A stretch of DNA of 32,185 nt from Nemertoderma westbladi. Lineage: Eukaryota; Animalia; Xenacoelomorpha. Position 1 is the first letter of the stretch. Every line of letters starts with the position of its first letter. Both the position numbers and the translations under genes were made by a program. Under the pieces are notes generated by a model that did not search any database, was not told the origin of the DNA, and saw only the letters and a list, made by a program, of their open reading frames with translations. Where the stretch lies: contig JAUCBJ010005023.1 in the NCBI GenBank assembly GCA_032718475.1, positions 1 through 32,185 of the forward strand. The letters are read 5' to 3'. Shown one piece after another: positions 12,100 to 22,656 of the stretch.

Positions 12100-13130
12100 G
12101 ACTCAGCAGAACCCGGTAGTTACGAGACCGCTATGTCAGAACAGGAAAAACGGTCATTAAATATTATGAGAGATACCATTCGCCAGACCGCGAATGGACA
12201 CTACGCAGTAGGCATGTTGTGGCGCAATGGACAACATAAGCTCGTTAACAACTACCCGCTTGCTTTGAGGCGACTCAACTCAATAAGGCAGCGATTGTTG
12301 CATGATGAGACGACCCATATGCAATACAATGCGCAACTTCAGACGTATCTCCAAAAGGGATACGCCATTAGGATGTTAAATCCCAAGGTAACCACAGATC
12401 AGACATATTACCTGCCACATCATTTTGTTTGACACCCGGACAAACCTGGCAAGGTGCGTGTTGTCAACGACTGCGCTGCGCTTTACCAAGGGATGTCTAT
12501 GAACAGCGAACTGATGGACGGGCCGAATATGAATAATTACCTCATGGGAGTCATAATGCATTTTAGACAACGCAAAATGGCTTTCACCTGTGACGTAGAG
12601 GCCATGTTTCACCAGGTTAAGGCTTTGGAGCGGGACAGGGACAGTTTAATGTTTCTTTGGTATCCGGACGGAAATTTAGAACTTCCGCCAGAAACTTACC
12701 AAATGCAGGTAAGAGTTTTCGGAGCAAGGGACAGCCCAACTGCACCATGTATTCCTTAAAGCAGACTGCATCGGACAGACAAGACCAATTTGACCCAGAA
12801 GTAGTTTGGACAGTGGAACGAGACTTCTACGTGGATGATAGCCTCAAGAATTGTGACACTCTGGAGTGCGCTACGACCGTAGCACACCAACTCCAAGATT
12901 GTCTCGCTGAGGGCGGATTTCGACTCACGAAGTTAATTTCCAACGAACCCGAATTAGTGAACTCATTCGACCCGAAGGATCGCAGTGGAGGAGACTTGGA
13001 CTTAGACCAAGAACCTCTACCTATGACCAAGGTATTATGACTTAGGTGGGACCTGAACACCGACAATTTTAGTGTACGTGTAAGGTCCAACGACCAGACT
13101 AGACCTCTCACTAAGAGGACTTGCTTATCG
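12100..13130 (+). pseudogene. pol: BEL/Pao reverse transcriptase (stops and frameshifts)
   Basis: YYLPHHFV*HPDKPGKVRVVNDCAA, LMDGPN, DVEAMFHQV, FGARDSP, FYVDD, GGFRLTK. Confidence 0.95.
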
Positions 13131-13133
13131 ACC

Positions 13134-13850
13134 ATGAGTCGATTGTATGACCCATTGTGTTTCATTAGTCGAGTGATCCTACATGCTAGGATCATACTCC
13201 GCAGCATTTGGCAAGGCGGACTGGAATGGGACGATCCCATCCCAGAAAAGTTAGCTGAGCAATGGAGGGACTGGGAAGCCCAACTGACGTTCTTACAAGA
13301 CTATACCATACCAAGGGTATACTTTCCTTTGCAGACCACCTTTCCTGCCGATTTAGGGCTTCACAGCTTCAATGACGCTAGTAAGGATGGACTGGGGGTT
13401 ACTTTATACCTTAGACGACAAGTGACATCGGACAGCTACGAAGTGTCTCTCGTTACTTCAAGGGCTAGAACAATGCCGTTGAAGTATATGACTGTACCTC
13501 GTGGAGAGCTGCAAGCCGGGACGATATCCACCGATATTGTAAGTTTAGTTCAACGCGAGCTGGAGGCTAACTTGAAGGTCACATATTGGACGGATGCGAT
13601 GTTGGTACTTTGGTACATAAACAACGAAACATTCAAGTTCAAGACTTTCATAGCCAAAAGACGGGCTGAAATATTAGACCGGTCGCTCAAACAAGATTGG
13701 CGTCACTGTCCAGGGAAGCTGAACCCAGCTGACATCGCGTCACGGGGGATGCTACCGATCGACTTTTGTAAACCGGACAATAAATCCTTTTGGTTTAGAG
13801 GACCCGATTTCCTACAACGACCATCAGACGAATGGCCACCGTTATTAGAT
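13134..13850 (+). pseudogene. pol: BEL/Pao connection and RNase H domain
   Basis: LYDPL, WDDPIP, FNDASKDGLG, VPRGELQA, YWTDAMLVL, WRHCPGKLNPADIASRG, WFRGPDFL. Confidence 0.95.
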
Positions 13851-13969
13851 GCGACAACTAATACCATACCGGAGGGTGCCGAGATAAAAATCGACACAGT
13901 TGTCAAATCTAAAGTGAAAGCCAAGGTCAAGAGGAAACAAGGACGGACGAAATCTGATGACCTGGACGC

Positions 13970-14390
13970 TAGACCCGACATTACGCCAGACGTCTCACCA
14001 GACTCTTGACCAGACGCTCGTATGAATCTTTCACCGGAGTTCCGCGGGAGATTTCACCAGAAGTTTCGCCGGATTGTTCACCAGATGACTCGCCAGATTA
14101 TTCACCAGAAGCGACACCAGATTGTTCTCTGGATTGTCCGCCAGATTGTTTTATGGAACTCTCGACAGATTGTCTACCGGATGTTTCACCAGACTTTCCA
14201 CCAGACATCTCGACAGACTGTCCATTAGACTTTAGACCAGACATTCTGATAGAAGCTACGCCAGACTTTCTTTGGGACTGATGACAGAACATTTCGCCAG
14301 AAGTTCCGCGCTATGTCTCACCAGACGTCTTACCAGACTATTCACCGGACACCTCACCAGACTGTCTACTAGACTTTCCACTAGACGACT
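13970..14390 (+). repeat. Degenerate 12-bp tandem repeat encoding (P-D/E-x-S/P)n between RNase H and integrase
   Basis: CCAGAC/CCGGAT/CCAGAA recur with 12-nt spacing. Translation: SPEVSPDCSPDDSPDYSPEATPDCSLDCPPDC... Confidence 0.85.
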
Positions 14391-14799
14391 CGATGGAAAG
14401 AAAAGACGTGTATTATAAGGACGCAATGAATTCATTGGAGCGGACTAGTACACACCCATTAGGTATTAACAACTTACCGAATTTGACTTCTTTGGACGAT
14501 GAAGGTGTGGCCACAGCGATCACACTCCCCTCAAGGAAAATACTTGACTTACTGTCTACAGGTAAACGTGTGACTAAGGTTAGGAAGCTTATGAGTTGAA
14601 ACCGTTACTGCCAGTCAATTCACTAGGTGCGGACGGTAAAGGTAAGACCGTGGAGATTGATATACTTGAGGACTCAGACAAACATATTGTACAAAGGGAG
14701 ACACCTACCAGAAGGCCCGTGGGCCTACCAAGTCCAAACAAGTATCCACATTTTGACTATACCTTACCTGATGACGTCACCAACACTTACGTTGACAGG

Positions 14800-16340
14800 A
14801 TAGTAAACCTAACTAGATCATGGACTGAAGCGTGCCGCAAGCTAGCATGGCTCAAACGTTTGAGACAATATGCCAGAGGCAAACGCGACTTTCCTAGAAG
14901 ACTTACCTTAGAGGAAGTTGGTCTTTATGAACTTGATATTATTAGACATTATCAATTGCGATATTTTGCACGAGAGTTCACAGCGATCAATCAGGGTAAA
15001 CAGATCAAGTCTTCACCGATTTTGAGTTGGAGTCCGATAATCTATAGGGGCTTACTTTGTCACAAGTCCAGACTCCAGAACATTGACTTTGCACTTGACT
15101 TTAGGTATCCTATCATCATACCGCAACACCATGAGTTACAGCGCGCTATGATACTGGACGCACATGTACGACTCAAACACGTAGGTAGACATCACTGTCT
15201 ATCACACTCATGATCGAGATTTGTACTGATTAGGCCTAGTAAGGCACTGAATTCGGTAACAATGAACTGTATGATTTGTAAGAAGGTGCACGCGAGGATA
15301 GGACACCAAGAGATGAGTGAACTACCACTAGCGAGATTACAGGCTTTTAGACCCCCTTTCACTGAGACAGGGATAGACTGTTTTGGACCCATAATCGCGA
15401 AACGCAGAAGGGTACAGGTAAAACGTTGTGGATTGATCTTCACTTGCATGGCCAGCAGAGCTATCCATATAGAGCGTGTGACAGACTTGACCACCAACGC
15501 CTTTATCCTAGCCTTACGGCGATTTATCTCTAGACATGGATTGTTCAAATCCATTTATTGCGACCAAGGGACTAACTTTGTGGGTGCACGGAATGAAATT
15601 ACCAGAGCTTTAAGGAAGTTGGACCAAAACCAGATTTCCGAGGAATTACGTCCTCACCGTATTGTTTGGAGCTTTAACACTCCTGACAGTCCGTGGAGAG
15701 GCGGCGTTTGGGAAAGGCTGATTGGGTCAATAAAGACGGATATGGCAAAAGTAATACCGACGCAACACATACTAACAGACGACCAACTGACGACGTTGTT
15801 AATAGAAATCGAAGCGGTTTTGAATACTCGACCGATCGCTTTGATCCCAGACAATAACGACTCACAGTTTGCCTTGACACTCAGCGCACCTGCTTATGCA
15901 GGCGCTGACGACATTGTTGCCCACTTCGGTACCTGTCGATAGCGATGGATACGGCAACAAAGCTTGGAAAATCACTCAGTTGTTAGCCAACAAATTCTGG
16001 GAAATATGGCAGAAGCACTATTTGCCCTCTATTTCAACCAGAACCTCTTGGTACCCGATGTTTGAGACGAGGTGACCACGTTTTATTGGCTGAAACCAAT
16101 CTGAAAAGACGGTTTTGGCTGACTGGAGTCATTTTGATCAAGCACCCTACATCTGGTATAGTAAGGACAGTTACTGTACGGACTATTGGCAGACGTACCG
16201 TAGGCCTGTACAACGTCTCGTGCTCCTTGAGGAGACTAGAAACGAGACAGGAGACTACAAATCTCCACCCAATCTTAGTAAATAGAGATGTGGGAGCCTT
16301 GATGGCCGCCACATCGACTTACCGTATTTTAGTAATTTAG
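14800..16340 (+). pseudogene. pol: BEL/Pao integrase (HHCC zinc finger, DDE core, C-terminal DUF5641-like region)
   Basis: HVRLKHVG...CMICKK, GIDCFGP, IYCDQGTNFVGA, PWRGGVWERLIGSIK, IEAVLNTRP, FWEIWQKHYLP, GDHVLL...WLTGVI...GIVRTVTVRT. Confidence 0.95.
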
Positions 16341-16914
16341 TATTTTGTATTACTGTATGTGCATTTGTATTCCTCTTCACTGTAGATAGAGTCAGCGGTG
16401 GAATTCCATTGTCTTTATATGTGAACATGGAGGGTAGTACCCTTATGTATCACATAGGAGCGGGATTGTGTGTACAGTAGGAATGGAATTCCACTTGGAA
16501 CCCACAAGTGAGACAATTTTTCAAAAATTATTAGACAAATCCATTTAGTTGGATTTAAATTTAAGAAAAATGATTCTCCAGTGAATGCGAATTCTAGATT
16601 ACAGCTAGATAAAAATTAAAATTGGGGAGGACAAGAGCGGATGGAAGGCTTGTGAGCCTACCGATAAATTTTTTTTGGAAAAGAAAATCGGCCTTGTTCT
16701 ACATAATCGTGTCTACTATTATTTTGGACCAAATTAATTCTCGACTGCACTATTTTCTTTGGGAGGTAGTTTGGGAAAATAAGGAGCCAGTGCGAAATCA
16801 CGCGAAACCCGAAGTCTTTAGGCAAATGGGTAGGGGTTTTAGACCGAAGTTGAGCCAAAGGCTGACAAAACTCTAAGTCTCCTCACATCTAACCTCTGTT
16901 TGTGCTTCCTCTAG

Positions 16915-17289
16915 TAGAAACACTATATACAGGGATTCACGCAGGAATAGGAGCACCAGGCGCCGTTCAACCTATATGGGGCCAAAAACTTTAACATGTT
17001 TGGAGTGGAGAGTATGGCTAGGAGTACAGCCAAGCTCGCTAAATCCAAGGCGGACCCGAATGTTACGCGACAACGATTGGTCGCTTATAACAAAAGAGCG
17101 GATGAGTTACGCGTGGAATTCAATGCGCTATACCCCTACGATGCATTATGCGACGCCAGTGACATTTGCGAGGATCCAGACATGGAGATACGCCGATTAT
17201 ATCATACGCTGCAATATTTGATGGCGAGCGAACCCTTGCCTGCAGCCAGGGCCGGATTAACCAGTAGGCTAATAAGGCTGAAGCCTTAG
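16915..17289 (+). CDS. Unknown accessory ORF A downstream of pol (probably a spliced exon, one frameshift)
   Basis: 97-aa ORF at 16996-17289 extends to a strong 3' splice site (CTAAC 16889-16893, pyrimidine tract, AG 16913-16914) if one A is removed from the A5 run at 16984-16988. No recognisable domain. Confidence 0.45.
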
Positions 17290-17422
17290 GGCCATTGAAA
17301 AAAGCGGTCACACTTTCCTACAAAAATGTTGAATTGTAATGAGTTGAATGTAATGAGAGTTAATAGGAAGCCTATAAAATAGTCTGTAAAAGGGGCACTT
17401 TACATCATTAGTTTCTTAGTAT

Positions 17423-18274
17423 ATGGACCCGTCCGTGTTCAGGCTAGCCGGGAACCATTTCATTAAACTGAGTAGATACACCGTTGGTTATGTACTATGT
17501 ATTATTTGTATATTCCATACATGCCAGCCTAGCCAAGGCCTCTACAAAATCTCAGTTTGCTACCAGCCTACTACAATAGATCAGCTGATTGGGTAACCCC
17601 CCTGTGACTCTAAAGATTGTTGGCCAACCGGCCATCTCTTTATTTGTTGCATTAGGGACGAATTAGGGACGAATTCAATGGAATGCATCTTTATAGATGC
17701 GCTCGAGGAGCGGATCCAGAGACAAAGGACGTGTTCTCCATTTATAAACTGTTCTATAAATGTGGAGGATGTATGTGTGCGCAAGACAACTCGATTCCTA
17801 TGCGCTTGAACCCGGAGAACCCCGAGCCGATATTAGCGCAATGTTCATACCACCAAAGTCTGCGTTACCAAGAAGGCGGATACCCTTTGACGAATCCGTA
17901 CCATTCGTTTAAGATGAGTGGACCGAATGCGGGCGAGATTGTCATTTATGAACCCAAATTAGTCGAACCAGACTTCTATAGTATGATAGCGGGATGAGTC
18001 TAATAAGTCGACACAAGAGAAACGGGAAGCTTTGAGCCTCTATAGGGCATACAAAGCGCACGAGAAAGGCGAGATCGAGGAGTTCGGCGGAAGGCTTGCG
18101 ATCCTACCATTTTATTGGATATCCTATGATCAAACCGAACCCAAGGAGATGACGGTCGTTTCATTTCCCGGTATTCTAGAACCGCAGGCAACTCGACGTA
18201 GGAGCCCAAGCCCAGCTAGACCGAAGTCACCGATTAATCGTATAAAAGGGCAAAGGCAAAGGACACAAGCGTAG
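17423..18274 (+). pseudogene. Unknown Cys-rich accessory ORF B (~280 codons reconstructed)
   Basis: ATG 17423 follows TATAAAA (17373-17379). One TAA (17594), an 11-bp tandem duplication ATTAGGGACGA (17651-17672) and one frameshift near 17990 join three ORF pieces. Confidence 0.55.
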
Positions 18275-18740
18275 AGAGCGAGATGATTGAGAAAGGAAGG
18301 CTTGCGAGCCTACCGTTAGCGATTAGCGCTCAGGAGAAGATATCCAGACCAGTAAGTAGGACGAACTATTGAGCTCGTCAGGAGAACACTTTAAGACTTA
18401 TTTGGAAGTTATTAGCATATTATGTTTGTTTACATTTGAACTGATTTAATTTGGAAAGTTTATTATGTATATTTGTAATATATGAGAGATTATTGAGATG
18501 TTTGAAATTATTTGTTCTAATTTGTTTAATTTGTTCATTTTGATAACCGAAAGCCATCTTTTTTTTGTATTTTATGCACTAAAGTTAATTGGTAAATTTG
18601 TATTTTGTATGTATGATAGAATGTATTTACGCTGTACCTGCAATGATAAGTATGTAATAATTAGGTAGTGATTATTTTATATTTTAGGCCCCACCATTAG
18701 ACCTAAGAGATATTTTGTAAATAGTTTATATTTCGATTGG

Positions 18741-18775
18741 TGAAAACAGTCTTACTTACTGTTTTCATGGAGCGG
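18741..18775 (+). other. Hairpin plus short atypical polypurine tract of element 1
   Basis: TGAAAACAGT-CTTACTT-ACTGTTTTCA, then TGGAGCGG immediately before the 3' LTR TG. Confidence 0.65.
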
Positions 18776-20569
18776 TGATGGATTATTTCACTATATGGTA
18801 GCATTTGTAGCTTAACGTAAAAACTTTCTAAAATCCGACGCATTTTGATTAAATTACAGTAGTGTAATATGCCTATTCATATTGGTACACATAAATCCGT
18901 AGGTAATTCTATTGGCGCAGTGGTCAGATGGTTAAGGCGTTGGTTACATTACAGATAGGTTACGAGTTCGAATCCCAGTCGGGAAATTTGCATTTTTGGG
19001 CAATTTATTTTCACTTTGATCTAATTAGATAAGCCAATGAGGTGCATACAACGTATGGAACGATGAGTTGGGCCAATCATAGGGCATAGCACATCTTATT
19101 GCTCCAATGTGAGGCCATGGAATGCTCTGGAAGGTTCTAGCGGATTCTATGTCCCAGATTTGCTATATAAGGGCCGGTTTGCCCTCGGTTATCACTCTAT
19201 TCACATTATGTTATCCGTACACTTACTTTTCTTGTTATATCTTTAGATTTAATTTGTTTGATAAATCTTTGTAAATTACACAAATATACTGTAAACTTTG
19301 AACATGTATATTTTGTCTCGTCCACCTTTGGGACAGCCAAACATATGGGAGATGGCTGCCTAAACCGTTAGGCCGTCAGCAACGCAGGGAAAGATGTCCA
19401 CAACACGCTAAGCGCCCACATTAGATTTGCCCACACGCCCGTTCGAAGCATGCCCCCTTGCCATACAGCGCCCACTTCAGAGGAAGGTAAGACTTTGTTT
19501 GACGCCCTTGCCCGCATTAAGACCTACAGATCAGGGTAAGCGTGACGCCGTCCTGGGACGCCGTAAAATTTAGGATCGAATATTTAGACTTAGACAGGAG
19601 CAAACAAGCAAAATCCCCGGATTAACCTGTATCTCCTACAGGTGTGAACTATTGCTGTTCATCAGTACGCGCAAGTACACTTTAGGTGCAGACAGCACAA
19701 GTTCCATAATTTGGTGATTTGCAGTACTGACAGCTCTGTACCGGTTCACTTTGTAGTTTATACATTTGCCCGCCCCTGTCTGAGCCCGAAATATTTGATC
19801 AGGCAAGAAGCTTATTTTAGTAGCTAGCGCGCGGTATTGTTTTTGGTCAGAAATCACCGAAACCTAGTACGACGGCGATACACCGAAAATGTTTTATTTG
19901 TAACACACACACACACACACACGTTATAAAACATATATACCCCCTTCGAGACCTGCTAGCTACTAGCTTACTTTAGGTTACTTTCAATAGGATTTATTCT
20001 GCAGTTCTACCATTCGTATTTGTAATTTTACGAGATATTTAGTATTTAGTTTTACGGCAAGTATTTTAGATGGCATGCACCCTTTTGACTGCTTTGCCCC
20101 TGTCAGCAGTATTGTTACTTTAGGTACTACCCCCTTTTTGACTGCTACCGCTTGTTAGTAGTATTGTTACGCTAGTCTGTTAATCCACTAGCTCGTATAT
20201 AAACCATATAAATCACACCGCGGCAAGTTTACGGTATTTAGGTCCATTAGCGATAGTTAGGATTCGCTGCGCGGGAATTGTTTTCCCGTGAGTTTGGTCT
20301 GTCACCGTAGACTATCTGCCTCACCGGTTAGAGGCCGGGCATCCTGTTTGTCTAGTTAGCCCCGGGCATTTGACTCGCCCACGTATTAGAATAGACGCCA
20401 GGCTCCGTTCCTCGCCAGTAGTAGTTCGCGTATTTAGTATCTGTTTATTTAGACACCCTGGACTGGGATTTGTTGTCAGATACTGTACGAGCCCGTATAC
20501 ACTACTAGATCTTACAGTAAGGTACATCGTTACTAGGATCCGGTAGGCGGTATACTACTGGACTTTTCA
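18776..20569 (+). repeat. 3' LTR of element 1 (1794 bp)
   Basis: TGATGG...CTTTTCA followed by TSD GTCCA; matches the 5' LTR. Confidence 0.96.
18906..18997 (+). ncRNA. tRNA-derived Pol III-like unit in the 3' LTR U3
   Basis: A box TGGCGCAGTGG (18913-18923), B box GTTCGAATCC (18966-18975), T5 at 18993-18997. The 5' LTR copy (~2590-2635) has lost the B box by deletion. Confidence 0.6.
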
Positions 20570-21602
20570 GTCCATGTGCCTGTGGCACTAGTTCCCTTGA
20601 TCCAAAAATTAAAATTTTGGTATCTAACTAAGTTTGGACCCATTTGATGACATTTGATGCATGCAGGAAGTTATTTCTTGAGTCATTGATCTTTCATTAA
20701 TGTGTTATATTGCTATAAATTTCATTATGGTGCATCGCGATGGCTCAAAATTTCAACCCTCTTGGGATCCGTGAAGATATAGACGAAATTTAAATAATTT
20801 TTTTTTCCTTATTTTTTTACCATTTGGCAACTTTTGTGCACCGGTAGAACAATGAAATCGAAAAAAAAAGTAAAAACGCACCGCCCTAATGGACAGCCCT
20901 AATTATCCCTCACCTCTATATTTCCTTGCATCTTCATAATTTTTTGTTTATGTTATGTCATTAAAGTTAAGTTAAATTTACTAAATTTATTTTTTAGGAT
21001 GGTGTAATTCTATTCTGGACCAACTCGTTTTTTGACCTATCAGTTTCTCTGCGAACTTCTGTGCCAAGATTGTCGAGCCTTGGCATAGATAACGAAGTTG
21101 GTTCACTCATCATCTCAACTGGTCAATGGGAATTATTTAGGTATATATAAAATTTACGTAAATAAAAAGTAGGTGTAAATATTTTTTAATTTCATAAAGA
21201 AGGATTTATAGAGAAAATATGTAATAAATATAAAAATAAATAATATAAAAACTGCGGGTGAGAATCCTTTAACATCTAAATGGCACACAGTATATATGAG
21301 TTAGGTTTCAGATTGACCCCATGTTTTCAGGGGCGGGGGTGGGGGGGGGGGGGGGGTGGTTCTAGCTTGGAAGTCAACATTTTGAAAAGCTTACAGCACC
21401 AAAAGGCGAATAAGTATAAAAAATGAAAAAAATGTGTAAGATACATACATTTTGGGTGGACTATATTGAATTGAATAATTATAAAAAAAAATTAACTTTT
21501 GACGCCCAGAACCAAAGACCTATTAAATTTTTAATTAAAATTATACTCCTTTGTTATACTTTAATTTCAGAAGCTTTAAAATGGTTTTTTTCCAAAATTG
21601 TA

Positions 21603-21758
21603 ACATTACTCAACGCCGTTAGTTAGTATTAACAGCGAGTTGTTATTTAGCACTTTACAACTTTAGAGGACATTACAGCATTGTATTGGCCTGTACATTT
21701 AGTATTGTATTTGGTGTTATTGTTTACGTGGTAGCCCATGACGGCGTTAAGTAATGTC
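21603..21758. repeat. Short MITE-like element with 19-bp imperfect inverted ends
   Basis: ACATTACTCAACGCCGTTA versus TGACGGCGTTAAGTAATGT (17/19 complementary). Confidence 0.4.
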
Positions 21759-21971
21759 CACTATAGGTATATTATTATACCTATATAGCTATATTAGCTA
21801 TATTATTATAACAGGGCTCTCCAAGCGCCACCAGAAATATAAGCTAACGTTATAACAAAATTTATGTCATGTTTACATTTATTTATACAGCAACTAATAT
21901 AATTTGTGCAGTTTCTATCACTTATAATATATATACAATAATTTCGTAATGTTAAAATTTTAGAATAAAAC

Positions 21972-22111
21972 TACATACATTTGTTGCAAAGTACTTTACA
22001 GTGTTCTGATCCTCAAGGCTTTATTTTCACTCACTCACTAACGTTCGTTCGTGTAACAAAGCCACTCGGATCATCACACTGTAACTGTGGTACTTTACAC
22101 ACAAGTATGTA
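21972..22111. repeat. Long imperfect palindrome (MITE-like hairpin element)
   Basis: Nested pairs TACATAC/GTATGTA, AAAGTAC/GTACTTT, TTACAGTGT/ACACTGTAA, TGATCC/GGATCA and GGCTTT/AAAGCC. Confidence 0.6.
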
Positions 22112-22540
22112 AATACTTTTTACGGAATCGGCATGGCCGATTAGGTGAATAAAAAAATTCGAGCAGAATTTTTATTTCGTACTTTTCAACGAAAATACCG
22201 ATATTTTTAAAAAAATTCAAAAATTGTCAGTTAATATGTGTGAATTGTCTGTCAATTATAGCAACACGAAACCATAAAATCATGCTAAGATTTTTGCTAT
22301 GGGGTTTGCTTTGTCGCTGATTTTATTTCTAGTGTCGGATTTCACTTTTAATGAAATCTAGTTGTTAGTCTGTTTGTCGGTCTTTCTGATTATCCGACAA
22401 TCAAGGTAAAAGTTTAGTTATAGGGGTTTTCCTGGTGGCAGAATTCATTTTGAGTGTCAGATTTAACATTTAATGACTTCCAAAACTAATTTTTGGCTGT
22501 CAGTTTTGACGGACAGACTGATTGTCATACAGACAGAAAA

Positions 22541-22656
22541 AGCAAGTAAAAGCAAGCAAACAGTCGGCCGAAGCCGGAGGCGACCCGAAGGCTCCTCTTT
22601 CGATAGCTGCTACCCGAGGGTAGGGGTGGGCGCTACTCCTATCCCAAGATTTGCTC
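22541..22656 (-). mobile_element. 5'-truncated SINE copy (RTE-type 3' tail)
   Basis: 12-bp TSD ACAGACAGAAAA (22529-22540, 22657-22668). The reverse strand reads GAGCAAATCTTGGGATAGGAGTAGCGCCC...GCTATCGAAAGAGGAGCCTTCGGGTCGCC...(TTGC)-like tail, shared with 23050-23098 and resembling RTE LINE 3' ends. Confidence 0.75.

Larger units (their letters stand above)
2455..20569 (+). mobile_element. Full-length BEL/Pao LTR retrotransposon (element 1), decayed
   Basis: TG...CA LTRs at both ends and 5-bp TSD GTCCA at 2450-2454 and 20570-20574. Domain order Gag(DUF1759-like, 3 Zn knuckles)-PR-RT-RH-IN with BEL-type motifs. Confidence 0.97.

Noticed and set aside
7495-16340. Programmed frameshifting or readthrough explaining the split ORFs
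   Set aside because: Breaks are numerous and fall inside conserved domains, as expected for post-insertion decay or sequencing error. BEL/Pao elements normally have a single gag-pol ORF.
16921-16932. CTATATAC as a TATA box for ORF A
   Set aside because: It lies just downstream of a strong splice acceptor within an open frame, so it is more simply exon sequence; not excluded.
16340-18775. Canonical env gene after pol
   Set aside because: No long glycoprotein ORF, clear furin site with fusion peptide, or C-terminal transmembrane anchor was seen.
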